Shown: piece after piece, positions 24,900-36,708 of the stretch
How the letters are laid out: each line of letters starts with the position of its first letter
Position numbering within the stretch: the stretch's first letter is position 1
DNA from: Octopus bimaculoides
Taxonomy: Eukaryota
Length of the DNA stretch: 49,848 nucleotides
Direction of reading: 5' to 3'
Assembly: GCF_001194135.2 (NCBI RefSeq)
Contig: NC_068984.1
Span: forward strand, 120,757,894-120,807,741
The notes under the pieces: model-generated
Seen by the model: only the letters and a program-made list of their open reading frames with translations
What the model was told of the DNA's origin: nothing
Databases searched by the model: none
Position numbers and translations under genes: made by a program

Positions 24900-25077
24900 T
24901 TTAAAAATACTTGAACAAAACTTTCATTGATCTACGAGTAAAGATGTTTTGGAAACTTTTGTCTTTATCAAGTATATGTACAAGTATTCTTTTAAAACAT
25001 CTCCCTCTATGGACCATTGTTATAACGTGTATTATTGCGACTGTATAACGTGTCATAGTCAAATATAATATTTATAA

Positions 25078-25130
25078 ATTCTTTTGATTTTCCGATTCTT
25101 TTGATTTTCCGATTCTTTTGATTTTCCGAT
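25078..25130. repeat. 17-bp tandem repeat x3
   Basis: ttcttttgattttccga x3. Confidence 0.95.
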
Positions 25131-25329
25131 ATCCATTCGCGCGGCTAAATCTCTTCAGTGGAGCATATATGTCCGTACAGCCTCATCCGATGAAAATATG
25201 TTAACGGCAACACAGGAAGATACTTACAAGCAATTTTTCCATCGATTGTTTTTAATCAGTTGAAAATACAAATTTAGTTCAAACGTTCTGCTTCAAAGCA
25301 ATAACTCCAAAGCAAAGCTTATTCCTCTC

Positions 25330-26230
25330 TTTTATTGTTGATATGTATTGTCCGCACATTTGTTTGTAAGTTCTGTTGCTATAACAACTCATATTATTCA
25401 GATTATTACGTCACAATTTTTCTTTCTTTCTTACTTTTTTTATTACAATTCAGATTGTTTTATTCAGAATCGTTAAAGATTACAAGTTATAGACAGAATA
25501 GTTAAAGGTTACATAAAATTTCAATTGTTTCATTATATGTGAAAGAAAAAAAAGTAGCACGTAATATCTAAAAAAGCTTGTCAGTCCGCCTCATGGTCCC
25601 AGCAGGCAAACTGGAAAAGGTATCGCCCCGAAGGATGGCGTGGGAGACGCGATGGAACAGCCACTCTGACTCACTGGGCTCGCATTTACAGATAGCCAAA
25701 TCTTCCCCGTTAGTGGTGAGCAGGTATATAGTTTGGGGGCCGAGAACGCCGGAGGTCTCCACTGCCACAGGCACAGCTACAAACCTATCAGAAAGCGGCG
25801 GATACTTTGACAGTTTGCTCTTCTGAGCCTAAGGAGTATGGAGTAGCTGTAGATTGCATGAAGAACAATTTACAAGTAAAAAGCAAGGTATCATTTTTAT
25901 TCACTCAAGTGAATTTAAAATAAGTTTTCTATCCACGTAAATGTCTTTCGTAACTAAATTAAAGCATAAACACAAGGAATTTCATTTCAATTGTTATTAA
26001 GCTTGATCGGTACACGCGAAAATTCATCATTCGCATTATTGAGAAATGCTGTTTGAAAATTTAGTCCAAAGTCTCATCTAATGATTTTATAAACTGGTTG
26101 TCTAACTCACATATTTCATTATTTTTGTCATGTGCTGGTGGTGTTTAATATAATTTTCTCCGGACGTTTAGTTTTCATTGTATTAAATGATAGATTTTGT
26201 ATCAAGGCGCTTCAGATATGTAAAAGTTCA
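25330..26230 (+). repeat. Old AT-rich dispersed repeat, copy 3, interrupted by a CRE-type fragment
   Basis: gttgctataacaac...ttacgtcacaat at 25375-25417; aattgttattaagcttgatcggta at about 25990. Confidence 0.55.
25568..25830 (-). mobile_element. CRE-clade-like non-LTR retrotransposon, C-terminal restriction-like endonuclease fragment and 3' end
   Basis: YPPLSDRFVAVPVAVETSGVLGPQTIYLL...EPSESEWLFHRVSHAILRGDTFS, matching the FxPxAxETxGxxG...LFQRxSxAIxRGN motif. Confidence 0.75.
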
Positions 26231-26349
26231 CAGAATGTTGAAAGACGTTAATGGAACATTGTAGATATATCTATTTCCTAAAAAAACACACATGTATATA
26301 CATGTACCTGATTGAGCATTGTAAGGTAGAAAAGTGTGCTCCAGGGAGT

Positions 26350-26460
26350 ACATAGATACATACATACATACATACGTACACATACACACACATGCATGCT
26401 GCAAGCATACATACATACATACATACATACATACATACATACATGCATACATACATACAT
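26350..26460. repeat. (TACA)n microsatellite
   Basis: Seen directly. Confidence 0.95.
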
Positions 26461-26860
26461 AGCTTGGCAGAATAAATGTTGCTATATGGCTGTGAAAAGA
26501 GGGAAAGCAGTAAACCAGATTAGTAACATCTCTATCAATGACTTAGCTGTTTCCCCTATATCTGATGAGAAATGTTACAGGTATCTGATAAAAACATATC
26601 TTAGAATGTCACCTGTGACAAAACACGTGTCACTAAAGAATATTACAGCCGAATAAAGAAAATTTGGACCTCGGAACTCTCTGCATTCAATAAAAAAGAA
26701 AAAAACATTGAGCCACAATGTGTGCGCAGTGCTAGTACTCATACCAACATTTGGGCTGTTTGATTGGACGATTGATGAGATCCGAGCCATTGATGTGAGA
26801 ACCCAGAAGACACTAACAGGCACACATAATTTCCACATCAACGAAAACAAGGTGGCATCG
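26461..26860 (+). mobile_element. R4/Dong-clade non-LTR RT fragment (frameshifted)
   Basis: NKCCYMAVKRGK...YRYL / KEYYSRIKKIWTSELSAFNK / SHNVCAVLVLIPTFGLFDWTIDEIRAIDVRTQKTLT. Confidence 0.8.
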
Positions 26861-27449
26861 ATCCAAACCGCTCTTCATGACTGGAAACAAACCACCTGAA
26901 TGCTTACATTCCTTACCCAATATTGTATATCTCTTATTTTATGGATAATTTGAGAAAAAAGGCAAAGAAAGCGCAAGATAGCGTATAAATGCGGAAGCCT
27001 GATACAAATATGAAATAATTACAATTAAGTTTCTTTCAGGAGGATGAAAACTGAAGTCGATCTCAGTAGTATTAGATCTCACTGCTGTTTCTCTCTCTTG
27101 TGCTTGCGTTAAGTGAAGCACGGAGTCTGGTCGGGCGGTAGAATGTAAGAGGACGAGTGCCTCATATTGAAAGGGCTTGTGGCCCATAAAAAGAAAAGTG
27201 GAAGAGGCAAGTGCCTCATTTCAAAGACAGTTGAAATTGAAACTGTAAAGTAAGAGGTTTATAGCCTCAAATTGTAAATTTATGTGTAAATTTATAAAAG
27301 AACATTGATTTAGAGAAGCAGAGTTCGGTGGGCGGCTCCTGTCTTCTCCCATTAATACCATATTAATCACCATTCATCTCATCTCATTAATGTCTTTGTC
27401 CAGCCCGTAGCTACTCTCTGTGTACTACTTTTATGGCAAATTAAAATGA

Positions 27450-27800
27450 AATAAAGTAGATGCAGTATGACCGAATGGTTAATATACGCTTCACAACTAC
27501 GAGATCGCAGGTTCGATCCCACTGTATAGCCTCTTGGCCAAATATAATTTTCTATCGACTCGGGTCGAACCATAAATTATGAGCGAAATTGAGTAGGGGA
27601 AAAAGTTTATAGAAGCCCATCGGGTGGACTGTACTGGTAATTCAAAAGTTACAGCCTTGAACGAGTTTCACTGATTCTACCAGAGAATTGTGTTAAGGGT
27701 ACACTTATCGGTGGAATGCATAGGGCCTTACACGCTAATACTAGAGCAGGAAATTCAGTTGACCGTCCAATTCAATCGTCTTCACCAAATGACGAAGATT
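27450..27800 (+). mobile_element. Decayed tRNA-derived SINE(s), B-like head plus C-like tail
   Basis: gaccgaatggttaa...gcaggttcgatcccactg (A/B boxes); gagaattgtgttaagggtacac resembles 29340-29360. Confidence 0.55.
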
Positions 27801-28539
27801 CACCACTACTACTACAACCATCACTGCAATACCAGCACCACGAGTGGAATATTGCTGTTGTGGTTCGTAACTGACAAGAGATATTATTATTTCAATATTT
27901 GAAGTGAGAGCCATAAATTAGGTTTTCAAAACTTATTACCAGTTTGCCGACATTCGTTATAATCATATAAAATGCGAAAATTTCTTGTTCTAAAACAATG
28001 AATATTTTATAGCAAATGAGTCTACGATGATATATAATTTTTTAAAAATTAACATGGGAAGAAAAATAATGTTTTTCACACTTCATTTATTTAAATTCAA
28101 TTATATATGAATAATTGAAAAATTATTTATTTTCTTTACAAGATGGTGTCTAAACAGTCACTAATATTGACGAAGTATTTTAGCAGAGTTATCTTTTGTA
28201 TTCGATTATATAATTAAATAAATAAGTTATTTAAGATTTGTTTCAATGAAGCATTGTCGTAAAGTGTAATTTTTTAGATGCAATTGTTGATAGTGAAATT
28301 TAGCAATTTACCTTACTTTCGTGGCTAAATCATTTCTGTAATTCATAAATGTTCATTTATTCATGATCGTTTATTCATGTAGAGTTGGTAATATTTTAAT
28401 GATTTAATAAGGACGTTATGTGATAGTACTAACACTGATTCCTCATTAGTCATTTTCTGGAAATACATACTGCGTTTCAAACATTTTGTTTCTGAAGATT
28501 AACAAAAGAAAACTCCTTGCGCGTTTCAAATTTTAGTAC

Positions 28540-28718
28540 AAGGCCAGCAATTTTAAGGGAGAGGTTCAGTTGATTACATAGACACCAGTGCTCATCGATC
28601 GCAAAAGGATGAAAGACAAAGTCGATTTCGACAGAATTTGAACTCAGAACGTAAAGATGGACAAAATTCTTAGCAGTAATTTGTCGGGAGTGCTAACTAT
28701 TCCGCCAGCTCACCGCTT
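28540..28718 (-). mobile_element. SINE family A
   Basis: tttagtacaaggccagcaatttt...ggatgaaagacaaagtcgatttcgacagaatttgaactcagaacgtaaagatggac...gccagctcaccgc. Confidence 0.9.
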
Positions 28719-28739
28719 TGGAAACAAAAGTTCCCTGAA

Positions 28740-29100
28740 TAATGTCAAGTATTTCCTTTCAACAGATTTTGTTTGTAAATGCTGTTTCTATAGCAACTCG
28801 AATTGTTTAGATTGTTACGTCATAATGATGAAGAAACGTTACAAAATTTAATAGGAAATCATTCATAAACGTAAGAATAATTACTCAAACCAAATCGGAA
28901 CTTAAGTTTGTAAAGAACCGTAAGTTTTACGTCTAGACTTAAATGAAATTACTACACACACACACTTTATTATGTACGCCAATGATTTTAAAATAAGCTT
29001 TCTAAATATCTTTGCCATCCATGTAGCCTAATGTTTATAAAAATTTGCTTTAACAACCAAAATTATCTGTTAAAGTGCAGCTGAGTATAGTCGTGCAGTT
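28740..29100 (+). repeat. Old AT-rich dispersed repeat, copy 4
   Basis: gtttctatagcaac...ttacgtcataatgatg at 28784-28830. Confidence 0.5.
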
Positions 29101-29144
29101 CACAGCGCATAAAAAGATAACAAATTTGATTATTATTGTCAAAG

Positions 29145-29445
29145 TGTGAAGGCGCGTGACTTAGCGGTTACGGTATTAGGCTCATGGTCGTGAGTTCGAT
29201 TCCTGGCGGCGCGTTGTGTCCTTGAGCAAGACATTTTATTCATGTCACTCCAGTCCACTCGGCTGGCAAAAATCAGTTGTACCTATAACTCAAAGGGCCA
29301 GTTTTTTCATGTACTAACTGTATCACGCTGAATCTCCCTGAGAACTACGTTAAGCGTACACGTGTTTTTAGAGTGATCAGCCACTTGCACGTTAATTTAA
29401 CAAGCAGGTTGCTTCGTGGATTGGTGACCGACGGAGTGCCGCTTA
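29145..29445 (+). mobile_element. tRNA-derived SINE family C (near full length)
   Basis: Head ggcgcgtgacttagcggtta...gtcgtgagttcgattcc (pol III A/B boxes), ttgtgtccttgagcaagaca core, tail gagaactacgttaagcgtacacgtg...gaccgacggagtgcc. Confidence 0.85.
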
Positions 29446-30357
29446 TTGTCAAAGTATTTATCAGAATATTCCGAGGATTTTAAATCTTCATAAGGATTCC
29501 GAGCTATTTGGCTAAGTTTCTGGTGGTTCCAACATTGTATGTTTTCTAATTGTACTATTTACTTTTACTACTTAGTTTGAATCAGACCGATGCATAAATT
29601 TGATTTTACTAAAGATTGATTTCATCATTTTGTATTTTAGTTTTAAAATCGCGTGAAGAAGAGTTTCATGATCACGTGTTGCTATTTCCTTTTGAGTATG
29701 TTATTTGCCGTAGCAAAGTGGCGGTATGACATCGTCGAGGGAACACACCTGATGGAAAAATAAAACACGTCTAGAGGCAGAGATCAAACGTCGAAGACGC
29801 AAAGAGCGACTCACACTTTCTCGTCTCCCCCAACTCTCCCCTGCGATAAATTCCCCCCCCCCCTGGTCCTCCTATACCGCCTTTGGCCTGAACAGCTACT
29901 TCAGGCACCCTTCGCACCCATTAAGATGAAGAGGCTCAATCACTGGCTATAGATCTCTTACTTGGATACGAGTTAACACTGACGACGACGATATGATAGT
30001 AATTCCTTGGCTTATGTTGCCATGTCTCTGCTAGGACAGTAGAATCAAAGTTTTAGTTGTTTTTCTTCATGTTCTTAGAACAATGCCACGTATTGTAGTA
30101 GCGTGGGGTATGTGAATTGAATCGATTTTCTGATACTTAAGTTTTCTTATGATTGGAGTAAAAAGGATCAGGATCAATAATCCGTGTATAGATTATTGAA
30201 AAAGTCATCATGTACTGTCAACGCAATGCAGAAGGTTAAACACTTTAACATTTATTATATCAGAACGCAAAGTCGAAACAAACGGTATTTGAACTAAAAA
30301 CGCAGAGAAACAAAACTAAATACAGAAAGAGTATAATAGCTTCATCATTCACCTTTA

Positions 30358-30655
30358 TGTGGAAGCGCAATGGCCCAGTGGTTAGGGAAGCGGACTCGCA
30401 GTCGGAGGATCACAGTTTCGATTATGTGTGTTTATTGAGCGAAACATCTAACGAGGCTCCGGCAAGGGGTGGTGGCGACCCCTGCCCTGTTGTACTCTTT
30501 CGCCCCAACTTTCTCTCACTCTTTCTTCCTGTTTCTTGAGTAACGCTGCGACGGACTGGCGTCCCGTCCAGCTGGTAGGGGGGGGGGATACATACGCCAT
30601 AGAAACCGGGAAACCGGGCCCATGAGCCTGGCTAGGCTTTGAAAGGGCGACGTTT
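30358..30655 (+). mobile_element. tRNA-derived SINE with V-domain-like core
   Basis: Head ggaagcgcaatggcccagtggttaggg...agtttcgatt; core ctgcgacggactggcgtcccgtccag...agaaaccggg resembles the V-SINE central domain. Confidence 0.65.
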
Positions 30656-31477
30656 ATCGTTATTTCACCTTTATAGTGACATAATAAACTTGTAGCAGTT
30701 ATATTGCAAAAGTTAAAAAGAGGCATCGTGTGACATAGTTAAAGAAATATCAATTTGAGAATTGACATGGAGATTGTATTGAAGCGAGTTAGAGTCAGTT
30801 TTGATAGAGAATCTCTTGTCAGTGCTGGTAGAAGTCTGTCAAAATATTGCGTAAGGAGGAGTAAGATAAATCATGCTAAGATCACGGGAAGTAAATTACC
30901 AGTGTGTGTGTGTATGTGTGTAGGAAAGCTAAAGTCTCTGACTTTCATGATAGCAGAAGTAAACTTGTTTGCAACTGGTAGAAAGAAAAAAAGAAAAAAG
31001 AAAAAAATCAGAAAAGTTAACTTTGCAGAAGAAAGAGAATAATTTTAATAGGTTCTGGAATGTATAGCTGTTCTAAAGTCAAACTAGGTCAATGATAATG
31101 AAAGTGAATGGCTTTATCTACACTGAACTTTTGTCTCACATAGTTTGGAGGCGAATTTAACAGGTTGAACTGATACGCTCTAAGTGCAAATTACAAGAAC
31201 AATGGAAGCAAGCCTGAATACCGAGGGTTCGATTCTTGGTTATAAATCCAGTATGTATCCTTACAACTTCAATCAAAGGACTTTGCTTCTAGAATTGGCA
31301 GACAAAAAGAAAATTCAAAACAAAAAAAAAAGGAAGAAAATAAAATATTATGAAATGTATATACTTTTCTTCAGAATAAATAGTTTGAAAATCAATAAAA
31401 TTTTTGTAAAATTGAGTTTATGTTCCTGGCCGGTTCAAACAATTCAGTGAGGGTAAATTATTTTATTATTGAAAATA

Positions 31478-31505
31478 TACAGGGTGGTCCGAAAGTCTTG
31501 TTACC
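31478..31505 (+). mobile_element. Solitary Tc1/mariner-like TIR end
   Basis: TA-cagggtggtccgaaagt; no partner TIR found by eye. Confidence 0.35.
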
Positions 31506-31654
31506 CCGACCAAAAAGTAATGAGAACAGTAGAAGAACAAGTAATGCAGTAATCTGTTACCCAACTCAAACCACCACCTGGACGTTTGGCACCTTTGGAA
31601 TAATAATTTTTGCATGATTTTGGGCCTATCATCCAGTCTGCGGAAAACTGGAGA

Positions 31655-31742
31655 AATCGCGTTCAGTACTCATTTTATTGGTCGGTGAAGGTTGAAAGGC
31701 CAACGTCGATATCAAAAGGATTTGAACTCAGAACTTAGATGG
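31655..31742 (-). mobile_element. SINE family A (decayed fragment)
   Basis: cagtactcattttattggtc...gaaaggccaacgtcgat...ggatttgaactcagaac. Confidence 0.65.
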
Positions 31743-32479
31743 ATATGGATGCAATAAACTCGGATAATATTGATTATATGCCTTTTTTTTGCCTCTTCTT
31801 TTTCCCCAGCACACAGTACATTGACCAAGAGATTTTTGTTCCAGAATCACAGAAAACTTCTTGTCACTACTTTTAATACCACTTCCTAATATCTCATACC
31901 GTCTCATTGCATTCGGTATATAAATGGTGAAATTATCAAATGGAAGCTAATCAAAAATATCTGAAAAGAAATAAGAAACAAAGTATTAATACTCTCTTTA
32001 AGTAATTTAACGTTTACAAAGAAGCACTATCTTGGACCTACAAGTCTAATTATAATTATTTGAACAACATTTCTAAACTTAATTTAATTAGTCGCAAAGT
32101 TTAATCTTGGCTATTCAATCACATTTAACTTCTCTATCTTTCTACCTTTCTCTTTTTTCCGTTGAAATAAAGTATGAAATGAGACGTAGAAATCGAATAA
32201 TAGAGAATGAAATGCCAGAACTGAAGCCAAAGTGAAAGGAAAATCATACTGAGTTAACGAATATAAAAATGTTAAATGAACAGTATTGGAATGATTGCAT
32301 TATAAAGAAATCCTTTTGAAAATTTTAGTCTGACAAACTATTGTTGGTTCTTTTGAAAGGGGAAAAAATACTAAAAATTTAAAAATATTTGTAGTTTATG
32401 CTTGCTATTACAGAGTAAATTATAAAATCTAAATATACGATTATAATTATAGCGTCATTATTATGGTGAATTTTCAGAA

Positions 32480-32665
32480 TCACTACAGCATTGGGCAAAA
32501 ATGCTTTCCGGTATTTGTTTCGGATTTTTAGTTTCTGAGTTCAAATACTACCGAGTTCAACTTTGCCTTTCATTCTTTCCGGGGTCGATAAAATAAAATA
32601 TCGGTCAAATACTTGGGTCAATATAATCACCTGTTCTCTCTATAAACGTGAGGCCTCCTACCTGT
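32480..32665 (+). mobile_element. SINE family A
   Basis: ttctgagttcaaatactaccgagttcaactttgcctttcattctttccggggtcgataaaataaa. Confidence 0.8.
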
Positions 32666-32839
32666 GTTAGAAATTATCCGCGCGGTGATTTGGCAGAATC
32701 AATAGTTGGTCATCCACTAGAAAAGTTTCAGTACACTACTGACGCATCATGGATGTTCTTTGTCATATCTGTTATAAAATTTGAATCCCAAGGTGTTCAT
32801 GTGTGTCCCACTCAAATTGGGACACTGGAAGGTGGTGCC

Positions 32840-33730
32840 GGCATATGTAAATGGCATCACCTCATATCATCGCACAATATCCTATCAAAGTGGTTGGTAC
32901 CGTATTGAAGAGGTGTAAGGTGTTTACAAGAATATGCATCAAATAGAACATGTCAATGAACTTGCAACCCAGCATCTGAAGATGCACATCTATACCGGAT
33001 GTTTATAGCTTGTCCGATGATCATCTTATGGTTAGAGGTTAAGCTTCAGGTCAGAATTTCATGTAGATAGGCACATAGACGACATCATGTGCAGGGTGCT
33101 AGCTTCACCCAGAAATAGGTTGTGAGGTCATGAAATAGGCCATGAAAGGTCGGACCGTGATATAAACTCACTCACCGAGTTTATTACATATTGCATCCTG
33201 GTCGCTGTACCTTGCTCCATATTTTATATAATCTGATTGGAGTGTCTGTCATTTCGCTTCATGTAAAAGGGACGTATTCCACATGTAAGGAATTCAGTCT
33301 GCTACCAGCAACATCAACGCAGAGGGTTCGGTATGTAGTGATTTATAATTCACAGCCATGCATTTTTACTGAGGTATCTACAGATATTCCTGGACAGTCA
33401 ACAACTGTGGTAACCATATGTGATGCACGGTTGCCCTCAGTTCGACTTTTTGATATTGTTCTACATCAATACTGGGTGCCTGGTGTCTAGGATACTCGCT
33501 ATTCTGTAGCAGACATACAATGGAGCCGGTGGTAAATCCACCCTCGCATTCCAGAGAGCAGTCCTGGGCAAGAGCTGAGCTGTAATACCCCAAGGAAAAC
33601 TGGAAATCAATATAAATCAGTCGATCGGTCAATTCCAGAGAGTTCCCAGCCAGGAAATAATGGAAAGCTACTAGATATCCATGGAGGTCTCACAACACTA
33701 CCAAAGACCGTGTACAGTGATGTCATTTCA
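32840..33730 (+). mobile_element. Possible DIRS-type retrotransposon RT/RNase H relic (highly decayed)
   Basis: Frame-hopping motifs in DIRS order: KVFTR, HIDDIM, HVKGTYS..KEFSL/NINA, TVN/TTVV, YWVPGV, SQEIMES. Confidence 0.35.
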
Positions 33731-34019
33731 AATGAATACTTTTACTGCCTTTTCAAAACTGGCCTCGTGTCTAAGGGAAACAAATGCTATCATTTTAGTT
33801 GTTGGTGCTATAATTTGTATTAATGGGCAATTGTAAGGCCAAAACTAAATCTCTCCAGAAATGATGGTTCGTTGTATCTAGTTCATTACATTACAGTCGT
33901 CTTTTATTCCTCTGTTGTCATAAATTTGTTTTAAAAATGATGAAACAAGAAGATACTGGATTGAGCCAATAAACTGCATTTCTCTTTTATAATAACTGCC
34001 TTGTTAACAACTACAACAT

Positions 34020-34020
34020 A

Positions 34021-34070
<50 letters not shown>

Positions 34071-34096
34071 TAACAATAATAATAATAATAATAATG

Positions 34097-34156
<60 letters not shown>

Positions 34157-34212
34157 TGAACTTCTAACTTGCCTCTTGAGAACTCTGAGAGTTCTAATAA
34201 TAATAATAATCC
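34020..34212. repeat. (AAT)n microsatellite (over 40 units, interrupted)
   Basis: Seen directly. Confidence 0.97.
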
Positions 34213-34350
34213 TTTCTGCTGTAGGTAAAAGGCCTGAAATTTGGGGAGGGGATAGTCGGTTTCATCAACCGCAGTTTTTTCACTGGTACTTAATTAATCG
34301 ACCCCGAAAGGATGAAAGGCAAAGTCGACCTCAGCAGAATTTGAACTCAG
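34213..34350 (-). mobile_element. SINE family A, 3' part
   Basis: aggcctgaaattt...taatcgaccccgaaaggatgaaaggcaaagtcgacctcagcagaatttgaactcag. Confidence 0.9.
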
Positions 34351-34354
34351 ATCG

Positions 34355-34858
34355 TGAATAAGTATTATCATGTACATTGTTTTGTCTTGGTATAAAAGAT
34401 GGATTACAACAAAAATTATGTTCAATACCACAGATTTGTTTGTCAGTTGTTTGACCTTAACCAGTTGAGCATGTCCCTTGGTGGCTGACGATGTGTGCAT
34501 CTCTGATCATGAGCAAAAGTAGTGGGGGAGCATCATAGCCATGTGTTGATAAGAATTCTTTGAGGCTTGAATAATTCACCTCTGGAAACATGGGCGTTTC
34601 GTTCAGTATCTTTAAACAACCCTTATTCAGGGACCTTTTTAGCGGGAAGGGCTACTCAAGCTGAAGAAAATTCAAACTGGGCCCTACCTGCAAGGTCATG
34701 CGCTGTTTCTCTTGATATGAGATCACCATGTCGTGCACATTTGGTTGTGATGCATGTGTCTGGTGTACCCTTATCAGACGGATAATCATGATGGGTATAC
34801 CGGACTTCGTATATTTTGCTCCAGTATCACTTTGATGGTATGCACTGCTCTCTTACTG
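34355..34858. repeat. Unclassified interspersed repeat-like segment
   Basis: Higher-GC non-coding block between a SINE and a microsatellite; single copy here, so repeat status is recalled rather than shown. Confidence 0.3.
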
Positions 34859-34860
34859 AA

Positions 34861-34927
<67 letters not shown>

Positions 34928-34966
34928 ACTGCTANNNNNNNNNNGCTGCTGCTGCTGCTGCTGCTG

Positions 34967-34999
<33 letters not shown>

Positions 35000-35021
35000 A
35001 TAATAATAATAATAATAATAA
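34858..35021. repeat. Compound (TAC)n(TGC)n(TAC)n(AAT)n microsatellite with 10-bp gap 34935-34944
   Basis: Seen directly. Confidence 0.95.
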
Positions 35022-35594
35022 TCTGCAAAAAAAAATCCGCAAGCTACTGACTTGTAATAAGATGCACCATCCAAAGGCAGACATGGATCGTCTTTACCTT
35101 CCCAGAGCTCAGGGAGGTCGAGGCTTGATCCATCTTGAACTTATGTGCAAAACCACCACAATCGGACTGGCCAAATACATTGAAACAACCAACGATTGTA
35201 TGTTGAAACTTGTTGAAAAATATGAAAGACCGAAAAAACTTCACTCTATTCTGAAAGAGAGCAAAAAATTCGCAACTGATCTCTTAGATACCTACAAGAT
35301 TGATCAGGTTGAAGGAAATTCGCCAACTGCTGCTGCAAAGAAAAGAAAATTAATTGCAAAGACAAAAGCTCATGAAACATTAGCTAGCAGATGGGAACAG
35401 AAACCTCTGCATGGCAAGTATGTGACCCGTAGCAAACAAGCTGATGTCGACCAGTAACACACGCATCAATGGTTACGAAACTGAGGGCTAAAAGCAGAGA
35501 GTGAAGGTTTCATATTAGCTGCTCAAGACCAAAGCTTATTAACCCGGAACTACCAAGCTAATGTGATATAAAATGGAGCTGACCCAAAATGCCA
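35022..35594 (+). mobile_element. R4/Dong-clade non-LTR retrotransposon, post-RT region fragment
   Basis: KIRKLLTCNKMHHPKADMDRLYLPRAQGGRGL...RWEQKPLHGKY...HQWLRN*GLKAESEGFILAAQDQSLLTRNYQ...DPKC; three in-frame stops. Confidence 0.9.
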
Positions 35595-36236
35595 CCAAAT
35601 ATCTAGTCCTGGCGGGATTCTAGGAATGCGTACACGAGCTTAACGTTTCCCCATGTGGGAGGGGTACGTAATGACTTTTGAAAGGGGGTCATTGAAAGTT
35701 TCATTAGCGAGGACTTAAACAGCACCGAAATGGTGCCGTATTGTTTGCTCCTCACTATGTATTCGATGTCATTTCTGATGCACCCCAGCACCGCCTCAAT
35801 ATCTACTTGGGCTGTTAACGCCGCTCTTTTCGTGTCTGCTGAGATGTATCTGAAAAGCACCGTTCTTCTCTCCTCTGCTTCAATTGCCTCTGTCAGGACA
35901 GTCAGATTGGCCCAGGTTTTCTCTTGTTTTATTAGAGTCCATGCTTGTGTTAGCATCTGCTCCCTATTTGTAAGGTCCACGGCAAAGCGTTGCTTGTTCT
36001 TCGCTGCCGTTGCTGCGAACGTGATTTTGTTATTGGTATTGTTCTCGTTGTTTTTGTTGCTGTTATTGTCGCTGCTGCTGCTGCTGCCGTTGCTTTTGTT
36101 GTTGTTGTCGTTGTTCTTATTGATGTTGTTGGTATTGGTTTTGTTGTTACTGTTGTCACTTTTGCTCTCGTTGTTGTTGCTATTGCTACTGCCGCTAAAG
36201 TTCCTATCTTTTTCGTGGCTGTTGTTGTTACTACTG

Positions 36237-36291
<55 letters not shown>

Positions 36292-36360
36292 GGCGGCGGC
36301 GGCTGCTGCTGTCACTGTTGCAGCTGTTGCTGTTGTCGCTGCTTCTTGTCGACGCCTAGA
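35595..36360 (-). mobile_element. Probable non-LTR ORF1 (gag-like, Tx1/L1-type) fragment with Asn/Ser low-complexity N-terminus
   Basis: One minus frame from about 36355 to 35603: N/S-rich tract, ITFAATAAKNKQRFAVDLTNREQ...IEYIVRSKQYGTISVLFKS; shifted frame continues PSHMGKR*ARVRIPRIPPGLDIW. Confidence 0.5.
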
Positions 36361-36469
36361 GTCTCCGCATGAACGTCATCGCATTTGTTCACCACTAATC
36401 CTCTGTAGAATGCCATGGTGGGACATCCACCGACCACAATATCCGACTGGCAGAGGGAACATCACCACC

Positions 36470-36535
36470 ACCACCATCACCACCATCACCATCACCACCA
36501 CCACCACCATCACCACCACCACCAACAACAGCAAT
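36470..36535. repeat. (CAC/CAT)n microsatellite at SINE tail
   Basis: Seen directly. Confidence 0.9.
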
Positions 36536-36708
36536 AATGGTTTCAAATTTTGGCGCAAGGCCAGTAATTTCGGGGGAGGAGGTAAGTCGATTACATTGAT
36601 CCCAGTGCTCAATTGCTACTTTATTTTATCGATCTCTAAAGGATGAAGGGCAAAGTCAGCCTCGACAGAATTTGAACTCAGAGGTAAAGACGGACGAAAT
36701 GCCGCTAG
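36536..36708 (-). mobile_element. SINE family A
   Basis: tttcaaattttggcgcaaggccagtaattt...aagtcgattacattgatcccagtgctcaa...agaatttgaactcagaggtaaagacggacgaaatgccgcta. Confidence 0.9.

Noticed and set aside
29145-29225. tRNA genes at SINE heads (also 30358, 38012)
   Set aside because: A/B boxes are present but no complete cloverleaf forms, and each continues into a SINE body.
34754-36646. Poly-A/T/V/L ORFs (34754-35050, 34786-35028, 35730-36359, 35990-36646)
   Set aside because: Alternative frames of triplet microsatellites; only the Dong frame and the minus-strand ORF1-like frame have family-like content.
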